From positions 13,950,001-14,014,000 of the forward strand of contig OZ024745.1 of assembly GCA_964016885.1 (NCBI GenBank): DNA of 64,000 bases, in the 5' to 3' direction. The notes beneath the pieces were generated by a model. That model saw only the letters and a program-made list of their open reading frames with translations, was not told the DNA's origin and searched no databases. This stretch comes from Eledone cirrhosa (lineage: Eukaryota). A program made the position numbers and the translations under genes. This document shows, one piece after another, positions 47,226-60,399 of the stretch. Within the stretch, counting starts at the first letter, position 1. Each line of letters begins with the position of its first letter.

Positions 47226-49882
47226 ACATGCATGTGTGTGTGTGCATGCATGTGTAGCAGAAGCACCATCCTAGAAAAGATGCAAAAGGGACTTCAGTAT
47301 TTGTCACATTTGTTTTATATGGAGTTAACAACTTTCCAACTTTGAAGGAGAAAAAGAAGCCTCAATGTTTGTAATGTTGTAAAGATTGGAGCCCCTTAAA
47401 TATGTCACTCCACGGTTTGGCATCTCCCAAGTTCCAACACATTCTGAATCTGTCTTGTACTAATATTTTTGGTCCCTAGCAATACACATCATACTTCTAC
47501 TACATCTATATACCCAGACAACAGTTTTCCCCAGCTTAGTGCAGACTAACATAAAAGCTACAAGCATCAATGACCTCATTAACCCTAAATACACTGCAAC
47601 AATAATATGGGCTACAGAAAAAGGCCATATTATTGGGGGGGGGGGGGGGGGGGGCTGCAGTAGAAGTTGATGAAGGAAGACCTGGATGGAAGTGGTGGGA
47701 GTTGATCTCAGATCACTAAAGCTCATGGAAGAGATGACAAAGGAACATGACAAGTGGAGAAATGGTGTACTAAGAAGCACCCATCCAACCTATGCAAGCG
47801 TGGAACAACAGACATAAAATGATGATGATGATAATACATAAAGTATTCAGCAATAACAACAAAACCCATGTGTAGCATTCTAACATTATCAACAACAGCT
47901 AATGTTTCAATTTAATTCTCTGGTGTCCACTTATACACAATATTAAAAAATGACACAAAACCTTATCTGGTAACCCACCTGTCTGGTCATCAAGCCTTTG
48001 TAGAATACAAAAACAACACTTCTAGAATTTGCAACCTTTTGAACAGAGCACCACAAGGATTTGCTTTCTCAATGACTTTTTCCAACCTATACCAACACAA
48101 TCTTCTCACATCTCAACACATACAAGTAGCCTCATGTTTCACATACAGGTGACATCATATTCACATCCTTCTCTCACCATTCTCCAGACACAGCTATATA
48201 ATTACTACAACCTAACATTAATCATACTTAAACCTCACCCCAATCTAGCACCTACAGAATCACTCGTCTTCACCTATGTTGGTGAAGGGCACCATATGGT
48301 CACTCAACACGCTAGAAATAACAGATAAGTATTCCTCAAATCACAGCCTACAATCTTTAAAACAAGAAAAAACACATTGGACAATGTAGTACTAGATATA
48401 CAAAAATATAGTATGGTCATGGCTGGAATGCCTTTGGACATAAGTCTATTTGAACAGGACTGATTCTCAGGAGGATTACTCCAACTACATCCCTTGTTAC
48501 AGCAATGCCAACAACAAAACACAGAAAATACTAAGAGTTACATACAACACCACAAGATTTCAGTACATTTTTAATTTTGATAATTGAACCAACAAGTTCT
48601 CAGACCTCATTCACTTACCAGGTGGGGTGGAACTTCGTCAAATTGGGCCATGGAAATAATGTTTCCATTGCTAATATCTACCGATCACATCTGTCAGAAA
48701 GAGTAATATGAAATAAAGTGTCTTGCTGAAGGACTTAATGCACAGCTTGGTCCGGGAATCAAACTTGCAATCCCTAAAGCATGTCAAAGTGCTAAATGTT
48801 AGTTGACCCTTCGGACACCAAACAATCCCTGGTTCTATGATACAAAGGTGTTCTTTCAAAGTTTTTGTATTTAAATTTAAATTTTTCATCAAAATGTTAT
48901 GTAAGAACTTTGGTAGTTAGGTTTGAAATACTAGCTTAATAATGAGAAAGTTATTACATTAATACACAAAATTTTTGATTATTTTCAATATTATTACACT
49001 CATTGACAGTGTCTGTTAATGGAAATATGGTAACAAAAAGGTTAACTTAATCTGTCCCAAACCTAGATACTCATCGGACCATAACATTAAGCATCAAAGT
49101 ACAAGACTTCCCCCTGGATGGGATGCTAGATTATTACAGAGTGACTACCCAGCTGCTGATACTCATTACTTTCAGCTAAGTGGATCAGTGCACAGTAAAA
49201 TGAAGTGTCTCTTACGTCCAGGAACTGATCTCATGACCTAATGTGAGTCTAACGCTGTAACCAACTCGGTCACATGCCTCCACTAAAATATACTAAATGG
49301 TATCCTTTACAAAGTAAAAGCATGTTGTCTACTCAGTCTGTTGTACCTACCCCAACACACCACCACTCCCCACCGCAGTCCTTATCTACGTTGAAAGTTT
49401 CACCAAAACTGACTGAGACAAAACTACAATGTAAAAATGAAAAAAAATGAAAATATGCTGTTCTTCCTCAAAAGTTAAAGATTACAAAAATGTCACTTAA
49501 TTAATGTCTAGAATTATAATCATAATCATCATCATCATCATCATTTTTACATCTGCGTTCCTGACATTCATTATCTGCAAATACACCAGGAAGTAAACCT
49601 TACTCTTGCTTCAAAATACCACCAACAAATTTGAGAGATTTGAAGTAGATTTTTTAAAGCTGGTAACATAAGGGCAGCTGAGGCAATTAAGAAGCATAAA
49701 AACAGTTAGTGATATCAGTATAGGGAAATGTTATCTTTAAACAAGGTCATTATATCTGCTATGAGACTGGATAATTAGTAGGCTAACAGAATACTCTCCT
49801 CTCACACTTTTACTATTCTTATTCTCCAGCAGGGTAATGCACACACTTACCTAATCATTTAGAGCATAATAATCATTAGAGC

Positions 49883-49938
<56 letters not shown>

Positions 49939-49947
49939 GAAAGAGAA

Positions 49948-50080
49948 AGAGCGGAAGGTGAAAACCCGACCGCGACACCTAGCAGTTTTGGCTTCTATTC
50001 AAGAGTGTACACTTTTGAAAATGCATGCCGAATACAAGCCAAAACAGCTAGGCATTGTGGTCAGGCTTTTACCTTCCTCT
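49948..50080. repeat. Imperfect ~50-bp-arm inverted repeat next to (TA)n(CA)n
   Basis: GGAAGGTGAAAACCCGACCGCGACACCTAGCAGTTTTGGCTTCTATTC / GAATACAAGCCAAAACAGCTAGGCATTGTGGTCAGGCTTTTACCTTCC. Confidence 0.8.
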
Positions 50081-50199
50081 ACACCCACTCTGCTTCTTCC
50101 CATGCATAGAACACTGCTCTGATTTGTGGTCTCCCCAGTCTTGGCACCGCAGATTGTATATACATATATACATTTATTTTATTTTATTTATATATATAT

Positions 50200-50638
50200 A
50201 TATCATTATCATCATCATCATCACCGTTTTACGTTTGTTCTTCCACGCTAGCATGGGTTAGACGGGTTGTCCTGTTGTGAGCAGTGTCCGGTCGGCTGAC
50301 CTTGTCTTGCTCATATGGGAACTGATTCTGGCTTGATTTCTACAGCTGGATGCCCTTCCTAACACCAACCTCATTTACAGTGTGGGCTGGGTGCTTTTTT
50401 TTTTGCCATGGCACCTCCACGACCACGTTACAGTGAGTGCTGGGTGCTTTTTTGTCGTGGCACCTCCACGACCACTTTACAGTGGAATGATAGGGATCCC
50501 AGTCCTATCATCTCATTTTTACAGCTGAGAAAACTGGAGCAATATGAAATAAAGTGTCTTGCTCAAGGAAACAACACATCACCTAGTCCGAGAATTGAAC
50601 TCACAACCCCAATGCTCTAACCATTAAGCCATGCGCCT

Positions 50639-50642
<4 letters not shown>
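50200..50642 (-). mobile_element. SINE type 2 (CORE-like head) with RTE-derived tail
   Basis: Reverse complement of the 55778/61145 architecture, with a (CAT)n end. Confidence 0.88.
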
Positions 50643-50665
<23 letters not shown>

Positions 50666-50673
<8 letters not shown>

Positions 50674-50930
50674 ATACTTTGGGAGAGTCATGCTGCCAAC
50701 AACACACAACACAAAACAAGATGGTGTAGGACAGAACAAAGGAGAGACACAAAGTAAAAACCTAGTCACTGAAGAGGTCACAGAATATGTGATGAAAGAG
50801 CTTTGACATTATATAAACAACCTTCCAGTTATCGAACCAACCAACCAGAAATTTATAATAAATTGAAGTGAAAACCAACAGGTGCGTGTGTATTTATTGG
50901 CAGCATGACCCTCCCAAAGTATAACAATAT
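50666..50930. mobile_element. 265-bp element with 34-bp terminal inverted repeats next to (TA)n, containing a hammerhead-like motif
   Basis: ATATTGTTATACTTTGGGAGAGTCATGCTGCCAA / TTGGCAGCATGACCCTCCCAAAGTATAACAATAT (1 mismatch). Confidence 0.8.
50765..50807 (+). ncRNA. Minimal type I hammerhead-like motif
   Basis: GUCA-CUGAAGA-g-GUCACA gaaua UGUGAU-GAAA-G ag C-U-U-UGAC: 4-bp stem I, 6-bp stem II with one bulged G, very short stem III. Confidence 0.45.
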
Positions 50931-52084
50931 CTGTTTCAACACGTTTTCAGATAAGAAATCTTACAAAACAAATTCAAAAACGAAGTATATATATATATAT
51001 ATACAATTCACCAACACACACACAGACAGACACCCCACCCCCACACAGACAGACAGACACCCCACCCACACACAGACACTCCACCCTCACACAGACAAAC
51101 ACACCCATCTACATAGATACCCTACTTTCTGTAAAACTTGTATAGCGTCATTCACCCAATTATATGTACAAAATACTTGTAGTTTCTTAAATTATATATA
51201 TATCATATATTGTTTAAACTTGTGTGTGTGTGTATAAGAGAGAGGGAGGGAGTGTGTGCGTGTGTGTGTGTAATCCAGACATACATATTCCTCATCCCAA
51301 ATGCAACAGGCTCATTCATTACGCCTGCATAAATGTGGTCAAAGTCATTTTATAGTTTTTTTTTCTTCCTGACACACATCATCATCTCTACATCAACTCT
51401 GTCTTATACTCGATGATCACCAAATTTCACAACGTGCTGGACACTCCTTGGGTTATTGTCATGACAAATGCACCACTGACTCATTACTATACGATGTTTC
51501 ACTCTTTTGTTGTACAAAAGATCTGGCAGGGGCTAATGTACAGCCACCGAAAATAACATCTGTCCTTACCAGCGAAATAAACAACTCTATCTGCCTACCT
51601 AGCTACCTCACCCCAGTGAAACAAACAACCCTTAGGCCACCAAAATAAAACGCCTACACAGCGGCTAAACATCAAACGATTAATTTTGTATAAATAGAGT
51701 GGTTCCAAATGCTTTCGCCATGTATGGAATAAATCACTGAACGAAACTACATCTCTTGCCTACTCGTCCTTTCAACTTTTTCCTTCATCTGTTCATCCTT
51801 ACTGTATGCGATAACAGTCCTTTTAAGGGCTATTCTCAGATCCGATCACAAGTAATGACCAGACCCACTACACACGTATACACACCAAGCACACACATCA
51901 TGTACACTATGTACACATACACTATGCTGTATTTGTCATTCTACTTCCATTTGTTCCTTCTGAACAGTTGTTCTTTCTGATCAATCACCCTTCCCTTTCT
52001 TCTACGACACCTGAGCTCTTGCCATCCCCTTCCCTTCCCATTCTTTTTCTTCTTTCTTTTTTCTCTATATTTCGCACTAGCCTC

Positions 52085-55000
52085 CATTTTCGACAATTAT
52101 CAGATCTTTGCATGTGTTAACAGGCCGCGAATGGGAGGTGGGGTGGCAGTGCTGTTTAGTAAAGGCCTGGATCTCGAGGTAAGTCGATCTTCCAGACGGT
52201 AAGTTGGTGGTCCTGGATGTGAGCAGTAGCGAAGGTGGTGCCTTTAGACTGCTGGCCGTCTACACCCCTGCTGGGGCCGGACGACGGGACTTCTTCAGGA
52301 GCCTGGAAACCTTTCTGGGTACGTATCACCCTTTACTGTTAGCAGGGGACTGGAACTGCATCTTAGATGCACGCTAGGATTGTGTAGGAGTAGCTGATAG
52401 GAGCGGGGGGTGCAAAAGCCTCAAGCACCTAATTAGCCAGTTCCATCTGTCTGACAGGTATTGACTAGGTTTCCCCAATGCACCAGTGTGGACATGGACC
52501 AACCGCATAGGGTCATCTAGATCGTATATAGACAGGATCTTCATTAGGAAAATAGATAGAAATAGTGTAGGCTGCCCACTTTTTAAAACAGTCGCCTATT
52601 CAGATCACAAATTTGTGATCTGTATGGTCAACCTAGATAAAACGTGTAGGTTTGGACTGGGTTACTGGAAGCTGAACATGTCATTTCCGGCACATAATGC
52701 TTACAGGGACCGAGTCAACAATTTAGTTAAGCAAAAGTTGACAGGAGGGATCATCAAAAACAGATGGTGGGAGGCTCTCAAAAGAGAGATTAGAGTAACT
52801 TCGATAGAGTTCAGCAAAGAACTAGCGTTAGAGAAAAATAGAAAGGAGGGGGAGCTGGTAGATAAGTTAGACGCGGCTATTTGTAGTGGCATTGCAACTG
52901 ATGTCCTAGCGGCGAGAATGACATTAGACCATTTCTTCAATGCGAAACAAAGATTGCATTGTCAGAGCTAAGGCGCGTGCGCTGAGAAACGAGGGGACCA
53001 AAGCTGTTCGATGGTCCTGTGTGGCGGAGGCGCACTGTGGTAATAAAACCACAATTCGGTCTTTTGCGGACCAAGACGGACACGTGATAAGCGATTCCAA
53101 GCGGATGTGTGAGGCCTTTCGCCAGCACTTTGCTCAGTTGTTCGGGGAGAGTGGTGAGTCAGAGAGAGTAGCGGATTTCAGTCCCTACCTTGACGGCTTG
53201 CCGCGCATCTCGACGGTCGACGCTGAGTGCTGCGAAAGGCCGATTATTTCAGTTGAAATTCAGGATGCCCTTGTCGGCTGCATGAGGCGCAAGTCACCCG
53301 GTTTGGATGGCCTGCCCTACAAGCTTTACATAAATATGCCAGACTTGTTCTCCGATCTCCTCGAAGCGCTCTACTGCAACTGGCAGCAAAATGGGAGTAT
53401 TCCCAGTTCTGTGAGCAGAGGAGTGGTGACGCTGATAAGGAAAGACGAGAACAAGAGGGATACATTAGACAACTTCAGGCCCATAACTCTGCTCAACACA
53501 GAGGTTAAGATTTTGGCCAAGGTGTTAGCAAAGAGATTGGCGCTTGTCCTCGAGGATTTGGTTGGGGAGGCGCAAACTTGCGCAATCCCAGCCAGGTCCA
53601 TACACGACAATCTCCACCTCATGCGATACATCATAGAGAGGGTAGGGTGTAAATTTGGCTTCGGTGAGGCACTGATCAATTTAGATCAATCGAAAGCATT
53701 CGATAGGGTCGACCATCGTTATCTGGAGATTGTCCTCAGAGCTGCTGGCTTCGGCCCTGTCTTCAGAAGCTGGATCACTGCAATGCACAGCAGCACATGC
53801 TCGGTGGTCAAGGTTAATGGCCACCTCTCGGAACCATTTCGGCTCTACCGATCAGTCCATCAAGGGTGCCCTCTCTCTTCCCTTCTGTACGTATTGACTC
53901 TCGAGCCTTTACTGCGGAAGCTGGAGCTGTTGCAGAGCATCCCACTCGAACCGGGACGTGGAAGGGCTGTGTCGGCTTATGCAGACGACATCACCTTGAT
54001 GGTGTTGGACAGCTCAGAAATCGAGGTGGTCGGCAACTTAGTGGAGGAATATGAAAGGTTGACGGGAGCAAAACTTAACCCGGAAAAGTGGGTGGGCTTG
54101 CAACTCGGCATCTGGAGAAACAAGTCCATGCCATCCAACAGCATCGTTGGGCGCTGGGTGGACGGACCAGTAAAGTTGCTCGGGCGAGACCTCCAGGTGG
54201 ATAAGAATTGGGACGAGGTAACGAGCAGGGTAGTCAGTCTCACCCAAAAATGGGCTGCGAGGAAGCTATCACTGAAAGGTCACAAAGAGGTGGCAAATGC
54301 GAACATCACGTCCGTCATCTACTACCACCTGACTGTCGTGCTTTGCCCCCGTCCATGCCTCGTCAAGTTGGAACGGCTCCTCTTCAAATTCTTGTGGAGA
54401 GGACAAGTTCCGTTGGTGAGGCGGTCTATCTGCTGCCAGCACCTTCTACGCGGAGGGCTGGGAATGCCGTAGCTAATGATGCGCAGACATGCGCTGAGGC
54501 TGCAACATCTCCAGATATTCTGCCTAAACGGTGAACAGGTGGGGTTGCTGTTTATCAGACGGGCCCTTCCGCAGCTCGTTTCTTTGACTGAGCTGCAGTC
54601 CTGGGTCAAGAAGAGACCGAGACTGGGTGACTGGCACCTGGAATGTTGTCAGGCACTCACTGCCCTCTACCAAGCAGGCAATGCTATCAGTGGAACTTCC
54701 ACTCTCAAGTTCTATAGAGGATTAGTGGTGGGCAAGTGCGATGACGCACTCGAAGAGGCTTTGGGCCTTGACCAGTCTGTTCTGGAGGACTTTCGAGCCG
54801 GGGATGATGGACAATTTCCAGAAATCCCTCGCTTGGTAGTGCTACCGGGGGGGCACTGCCGGTTTGGGATAAACTCTACAGGCACAAAAGTGCTGTCAGA
54901 CGGATCTGCCCAAGATGCGCACAGAGCGATGAAACCGTTCTGCACGCACTTGTCCAATGTCCATGTATTACTGACTTGTGGAGTTATGTCAAACAGCTAC

Positions 55001-55606
55001 TGTCGCGTGTAGAACGGATCTGGCTATCGGCCGAGTCCATAGTGAAGATCGACCCGCCGCCTTCCTTTGGTCAGGAAGAGCAGGCAATTTTTCTCTGTTC
55101 TGGTGGCAGTTGCGAAAGAGGTTATATGGTGGACCAAATTAAAAGGACTGAAGACAGACACTTTTCTCTTCGGCCAATCCCTCATCAACTTTAAGTTTCA
55201 CCTAGAAAGGAAGGTGAGGGTGGAGAGAGAAGTGCTGCTCCCCCCCCCCCCCCCAGTACGTTTGCTAAAAGGTGGATGAATGTGGCGAGAATGGCCCGTG
55301 TGAATGGGCTTACTCTGACCATGCGCCTATAGGCTAGCTAATTTGAGGAAAGGGGTGCTCTCCCTGAGTGCCCTAGAAGCACAGGATGGTTCAGGATTGG
55401 TGGGGTACCTGAGTTACCCTGGGTCGTCCACCCACTATCGGGGAATTTATTTTGTTATATTTATGCATAGTTTATTTTATATTTGTATATCTTCATTGTT
55501 AAATTAGTCTTGCCATTGTGCACTTTTTCTCGACCTTATTGTAAACCCCCCACTGTCCCTGTATTGTGACCAATAAATGAAATCATCATCATTATTATTA
55601 TTATTG
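52085..55606 (+). mobile_element. 5'-truncated Tx1/L1-clade LINE, decayed ORF2 (APE, RT, CCHC finger) with 3' UTR
   Basis: GGVAVLF, LAGDWNC, WTWTN..SYIDR, YSDH, GYWKLN; KSPGLDGLP, NFRPITLLN, DQSKAFDRVDH, QGCPLS, AYADD, GGLGMP; CPRC..DETVLHALVQC; AATAAA and (TCA/TTA)n tail. Multiple stops and frameshifts. Confidence 0.93.
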
Positions 55607-55777
55607 TAAATAATATCATGTTTAAATAAATATTTGATTCATACTAGATTTGAGGGTGTTATTAGAGATAGTTTAATTATTAAATTGATAGTTCTCTCTG
55701 TGGTTTAGTGGTAAGTACTAGAGACAGTGGTCTGGGAGTCAATCCTGGTCAAGAGGTACATGTAACCTTTTTCTATG

Positions 55778-56116
55778 AAGGCACATGGCTTAGTGGTTAG
55801 AGCATTGGCCTTGCAATCGAAAGGTTGTGAGTTCAATTCTCAGACCGGGTGATGTGTTGTTTCCTTGGGCAAGACACCTTATTTCACATTGCTCCAGTTT
55901 ACTCAGCTGTAGAAATGAGATGATAGGGACTGGGGTCCCTATCATTCCACTGCAAAGTGGACGTGTAGGCGCCATGGCAAAAAAGCACCCAGCACTCACT
56001 GTAAATGAGGTTGGTGTTAGGAAGGGCATCCAGCTGTAGAAATCAAGCCAGAATCAGTTCCTGTCCCACCCTTGCAAGCAGGGAAAAAGCGGACGTAAAA
56101 TGATGATGATGATGAT
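55778..56116 (+). mobile_element. SINE type 2 (tRNA head, CORE-like domain, RTE tail)
   Basis: GGCACATGGCTTAGTGGTTAG (A box), GAGTTCAATTC (B box), TCCTTGGGCAAGACAC, GTTGGTGTTAGGAAGGGCATCCAG, (GAT)n. Confidence 0.9.
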
Positions 56117-56150
56117 ATAGTTTGAATAACAGAAAATAATTTTGAATATA

Positions 56151-56363
56151 CAGGGCGACCACTTAAACACTCCTTAATTCCAAATACCTATAATATGAAA
56201 ACTTAAATGAATATTCTTACAATATTAGTAGCTACAGTTGCATAAACTAACAAAGTTTCATGTGGTATTGGTTGATATCATAGACACTCAATGTCTGCCC
56301 CTTTTGTTGCTCAGCAAACATCAATGTGATAATCAAGTTTGGAGTGTTTTTGTGGTCACCCTG
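56151..56363. mobile_element. Tc1/mariner-like MITE
   Basis: TA-CAGGGCGACCACTTAAACACTCC ... GGAGTGTTTTTGTGGTCACCCTG terminal inverted repeats. Confidence 0.72.
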
Positions 56364-57464
56364 GACTTTGGAAGGATTTAGTAATATAAATTTATTATTA
56401 AGCTGGTGTGTGGAACATAAAAACCCTTACATAAAATTATAGAAAGGTTTTAGCTAAATATAAACATTTTAAAATAAAAAGCTTTATATGTTAGAATAAG
56501 ATTTGTTTTTTTTGGCATAGAAAGAGTTAAATTGTCAAAAATGGGATAATTTGTTATTTGTAAAAATCACGCAGTAATACAGAAGACCCGACTTCCCACA
56601 GGAACAAGCCGAAGCTGAAGCATATAGACAATATGTCCCCACCCCCTCCCAAGTGGTCGTGGAGGTGCCACGGCAAAAAAGCACCCAGCCCACACTGTAA
56701 AGTGGATGTGTAGGCGCCACGGAAAAAAAGCACCCAGCACTCACTGTAAATGAGTTGGTGTTAGGAAGGGCATCCAGCTGTAGAAAGTAAGCCAGAATCA
56801 GTTCCTGTATGAGCAAGACAAGGTCAGCCGACCAGACACTGCCCGCAACAGGACAACCCGTCTAACCCATGCTAGCGTGGAAGAACGGACATAAACCGGT
56901 GATGATGATGATGATGATGATGATTATAAAGTTTTATCTAATGTTAAAAAACATTTTATAACCTATCATATATATTGACAAGATCTAGCTGGAACTTCTC
57001 CCAAGAGTTTCAGCTAGATCTTGTCAAGAAAATATCCTCTATATGGTTTAAATACACAACAAGTCTCCGATATACAAATGGCTAAATGTCAGTAGAAGGG
57101 CACCCAGGAATCATGACCTGGATGTGGCTGCTCAGCCCCCTTAGAGTGTGAGAAGACAAACATTTCAGTAGAGAATAGATGGTGGTTAATCATCAGTTTT
57201 ATGTCTGCTTTACCATGCTGGCATGAGACTTTTGATGAAGAATTTGACAGTCGGGTGCTGTTCTTGACACCAACCGTCACTTATTTTTTAAAGTAAAGTA
57301 CAGTCATTCACACATCTAACCACTGAGTAGTCAAACTAATGTGTATGCAGAATATAAACAAATATCCCCACTTGCACTAGTGATATAAAATACAAAGCAT
57401 AAAGAAGAGACAGACAGATACATTTATATATACATGATGGGCATTGAACAGAGATGAGGGGGGG

Positions 57465-57985
57465 GGGGGGTCTTCTGAAGAGTCTTTGGAGTAACGTTAC
57501 TGAGAGTGCAAAGCTCAGAGATCAGAGGGTTGCTCCAGATAGAAGCACTACTTCTCTAAATTGAGAGATCACAGCTCTGATATTATAGGCATGTGGTCAG
57601 AATGTCTCAGGAAAGAATTGCTGGACAGATTTTACAGGCAAAACCAACTGGCAGGAGACCCAGGGGGTAAACCCCGAGTAAGATGATTGGATAACATCCA
57701 TGAGCTTGGTTGGTCTCACTTGGGGATCCAGCCAGATCAGTTGGAGACGGTTGCTTCTGACAGGACCTGCTGGAAGGAGTTTCAGCTAGATCTTATCAAG
57801 AAAATCTCCATACAGTTTAAATACACAAGTATCCGCTATTCCAATGGCTAAATGTCAGCAGAAGGGGACCCAGGAGTGATGACCTAGATGTGGCCCGGTC
57901 CACTTAGCTGCTTCTGACAGGACCTGCTGGAAGGTGTGTTTGAGGACTCCCATGACCCTACCAGAAATAAATGGGCAAAAAAGGA
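57465..57985 (+). mobile_element. Non-autonomous RTE 3'-end element interrupted by a ~130-bp locally templated insertion
   Basis: RTE text runs to TGCTTCTGACAGGACCTGCTGGAAGG (57752-77), then the insert, then the same 26-mer (57909-34) and the rest of the element. Confidence 0.82.
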
Positions 57986-58069
57986 CTTCCATCTACCAAA
58001 TTCCTTCACAAGGCATTGGTCAACTTGAAACTATAACAAAACACATTTGTCTAAGATGCCACACTGAAT

Positions 58070-58372
58070 GATATAACATAACACAACACCACATGGTTGT
58101 GACATGATCTTAACCACATTATATAACACCACATGTTTGTGGAATGATCTTAACCACATTATATAACACAATGCTACATGGTTGTGGAATGATGTTAACC
58201 ACATTATATAACACCACATGTTTGTGGAATGATCTTAACCACATTATATAACACAATGCTACATGGTTGTGGAATGATCTTAATCACATTATATAACACC
58301 ACGTTTGTGGAATGATCTTAACCACATTATATAACACCACATGTTTGTGGGATGACATTAACCATGTTATAA
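58070..58372. repeat. ~42-47-bp minisatellite, ~7 copies
   Basis: Unit CACATG(G/T)TTGTGGAATGATCTTAACCACATTATATAACAC(AATGCT). Confidence 0.92.
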
Positions 58373-58420
58373 AAGAAAAGATCCTATAATGAGGTAGGTT
58401 AGAAGTAGAAAAGATGGTGT

Positions 58421-58641
58421 TTAACACTTTACCATTTACTCTATATTTACTATTATATTTTCATTGTAAAGGCTTTATTTCACATAATTATCCCACATAC
58501 TATCAAATCTATGAGATTTTGATATTTATTTTGAGAACAATACCTTAACATCAGTATGAGCGGCTAGTTACAGCTGGTTTGAACAGAAAGAGGTGAGAGA
58601 ATTCTGGCCAGATGTGGATGGTTTAAATCCTGAAGGTTTAA
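58421..58641. mobile_element. piggyBac-like MITE family A, diverged
   Basis: TTAA...TTAA with the same internal text as 15514-15731. Confidence 0.8.
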
Positions 58642-59359
58642 GAAACTTTTATAATCGGGGAAAGAAATATAGAAAAAAAAAGAAAAAGAACAAAAAATTA
58701 TACATTGAAAAAGAGAGTGAAGTGTTTTGCCCTAATGGTTTCTACTTTAGGCAGAAGGCAAACAATTGTTGGGGAGGGGAAAGTCAAATCAACCCTAGTG
58801 CATTACTGGTATTTTATTTTATAGAACCTGTAAAGATGAAAGGCAAAGTTAACCTCAATGGTATTTGAACTCGGGACATAAATGGACACAACTATATGCT
58901 GGAAACGGGGCCAGATTTAATGGAGGGCAACTGGTCTGGGCCCCTGCAATCGGGTGCCCAACCAGCGACATCCATAACAATTTATTTGTGCCCTCAGCTG
59001 CACTTTAAAATTTTAGGGGGGGGGGGGGGGTTAGAATTTTTGAATTTAATATCTGTATGTATAATTTTTCAAATCTAATTACTTGCGCCAAGCTAACTTT
59101 GATAGGTAAAATTGGGTATTGCTGTATATTTTAATTTTTTTGTGTATGAGCTCTTCCCCACTCCTGGTCTAACTCCAACCTTGGCTGTAAAGCATGCTAT
59201 CCAACACTACCAATCCTACTGCAATTCTACTAATGAGTAAACGTTCTAGTTAGCCCTGCTCTTTGTCTCCTGCTTTCTATATTTACCATTCCCTGCCACC
59301 TTGTTTGAAGTATCAGTTATTTCCACCTCCTCCATCCAATTCCTATACTTCCATTCAAC

Positions 59360-59367
59360 ATATATAT

Positions 59368-59432
<65 letters not shown>

Positions 59433-59503
59433 TACATACATATATATGTATATATATATAGAGAGAGGTTATATTTAATTTGTTGGGATACAACAAGCTA
59501 AAA

Positions 59504-59537
<34 letters not shown>
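59360..59537. repeat. Compound (TA)n/(CA)n microsatellites
   Basis: Direct observation. Confidence 0.92.
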
Positions 59538-59539
<2 letters not shown>

Positions 59540-60399
59540 ACAAAGGTTAAGGGCAGGAATATTAAAGCTCCTTCATTCCACACAGCAATTAAACTTAGCA
59601 AATAAATTATTGTCTGGATTACTGCTGTTGCAGTCAGACCACTAGTTTCCTGGAATTTACAATGTTACCATACTAACATACAAAATCTTATTGTCTTCAC
59701 TTTTATGGATTGGAGTGTGTGTTGCATTCTTAAGCAAAACACTTTATTTCACATTGTTCCAGAATACTCAGCTGAAAATGAGTACCAGAAGTATGCTGGA
59801 GTTTAACCCTGTGATGGACTGGTGCCCTATCAAAGGGATAGCCTTGTACTCTCAGTCACTTAATGCCAAAAAAGCTTGAGTCTCCAGGCATGAAACAAAC
59901 TTTAACCTTGTGATGGACTGGCGTCCTGTCCAGGGGGGCAGTATTGTACTGTCACTTAATGTCATAGCAACCAGGAGAATCACTGGTCTGATGAGCCTCC
60001 AGGCTCGAGACAGACTTTAGACTCACTTTTGTATGAGAAATCAAAGAATTACTGCAATCTTATACCAATATTGATGATGGATTATTTTGGTGTCAGTTTC
60101 AATGATGAGCGTTTGGTCATTCAATCAGCTGAGCATCCAATTTTTTAATTAACATGTGGTTGAGTATTCCACAGACACATGTGCCCTTAATGTAGTTCTC
60201 TAACAGACACCAGCATGACACAATATGTGACAAAGTTGGACCTTCGAATTACAGGTGGAATCCATTCAATAAGGTTCGAGTTTCCATCTAACCAGTTTCA
60301 GACAAGTTAAATGTCCCGCAGTGGGATGAAACCCAGGACCTCGTGATTGTGACATTAACCTCTTAACAATTCGGTCATGCCTACGCCCATTAATGTATG

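Noticed and set aside
51380-51790. Possible CR1/L2 relic (LGVIV-like and VWNK-like motifs)
   Set aside because: Requires several assumed frameshifts; too degenerate to call.
55778-55850. tRNA gene-like heads here and in other SINE copies
   Set aside because: A and B boxes are present, but there is no complete cloverleaf and they continue into SINE bodies.
59985-60020. CTGATGAG-CCTCCAGG-CTCGAGAC hammerhead-like string
   Set aside because: Lacks GAAA and a stem III/UH site; it matches the SINE tail also seen reversed at ~10840-10890.
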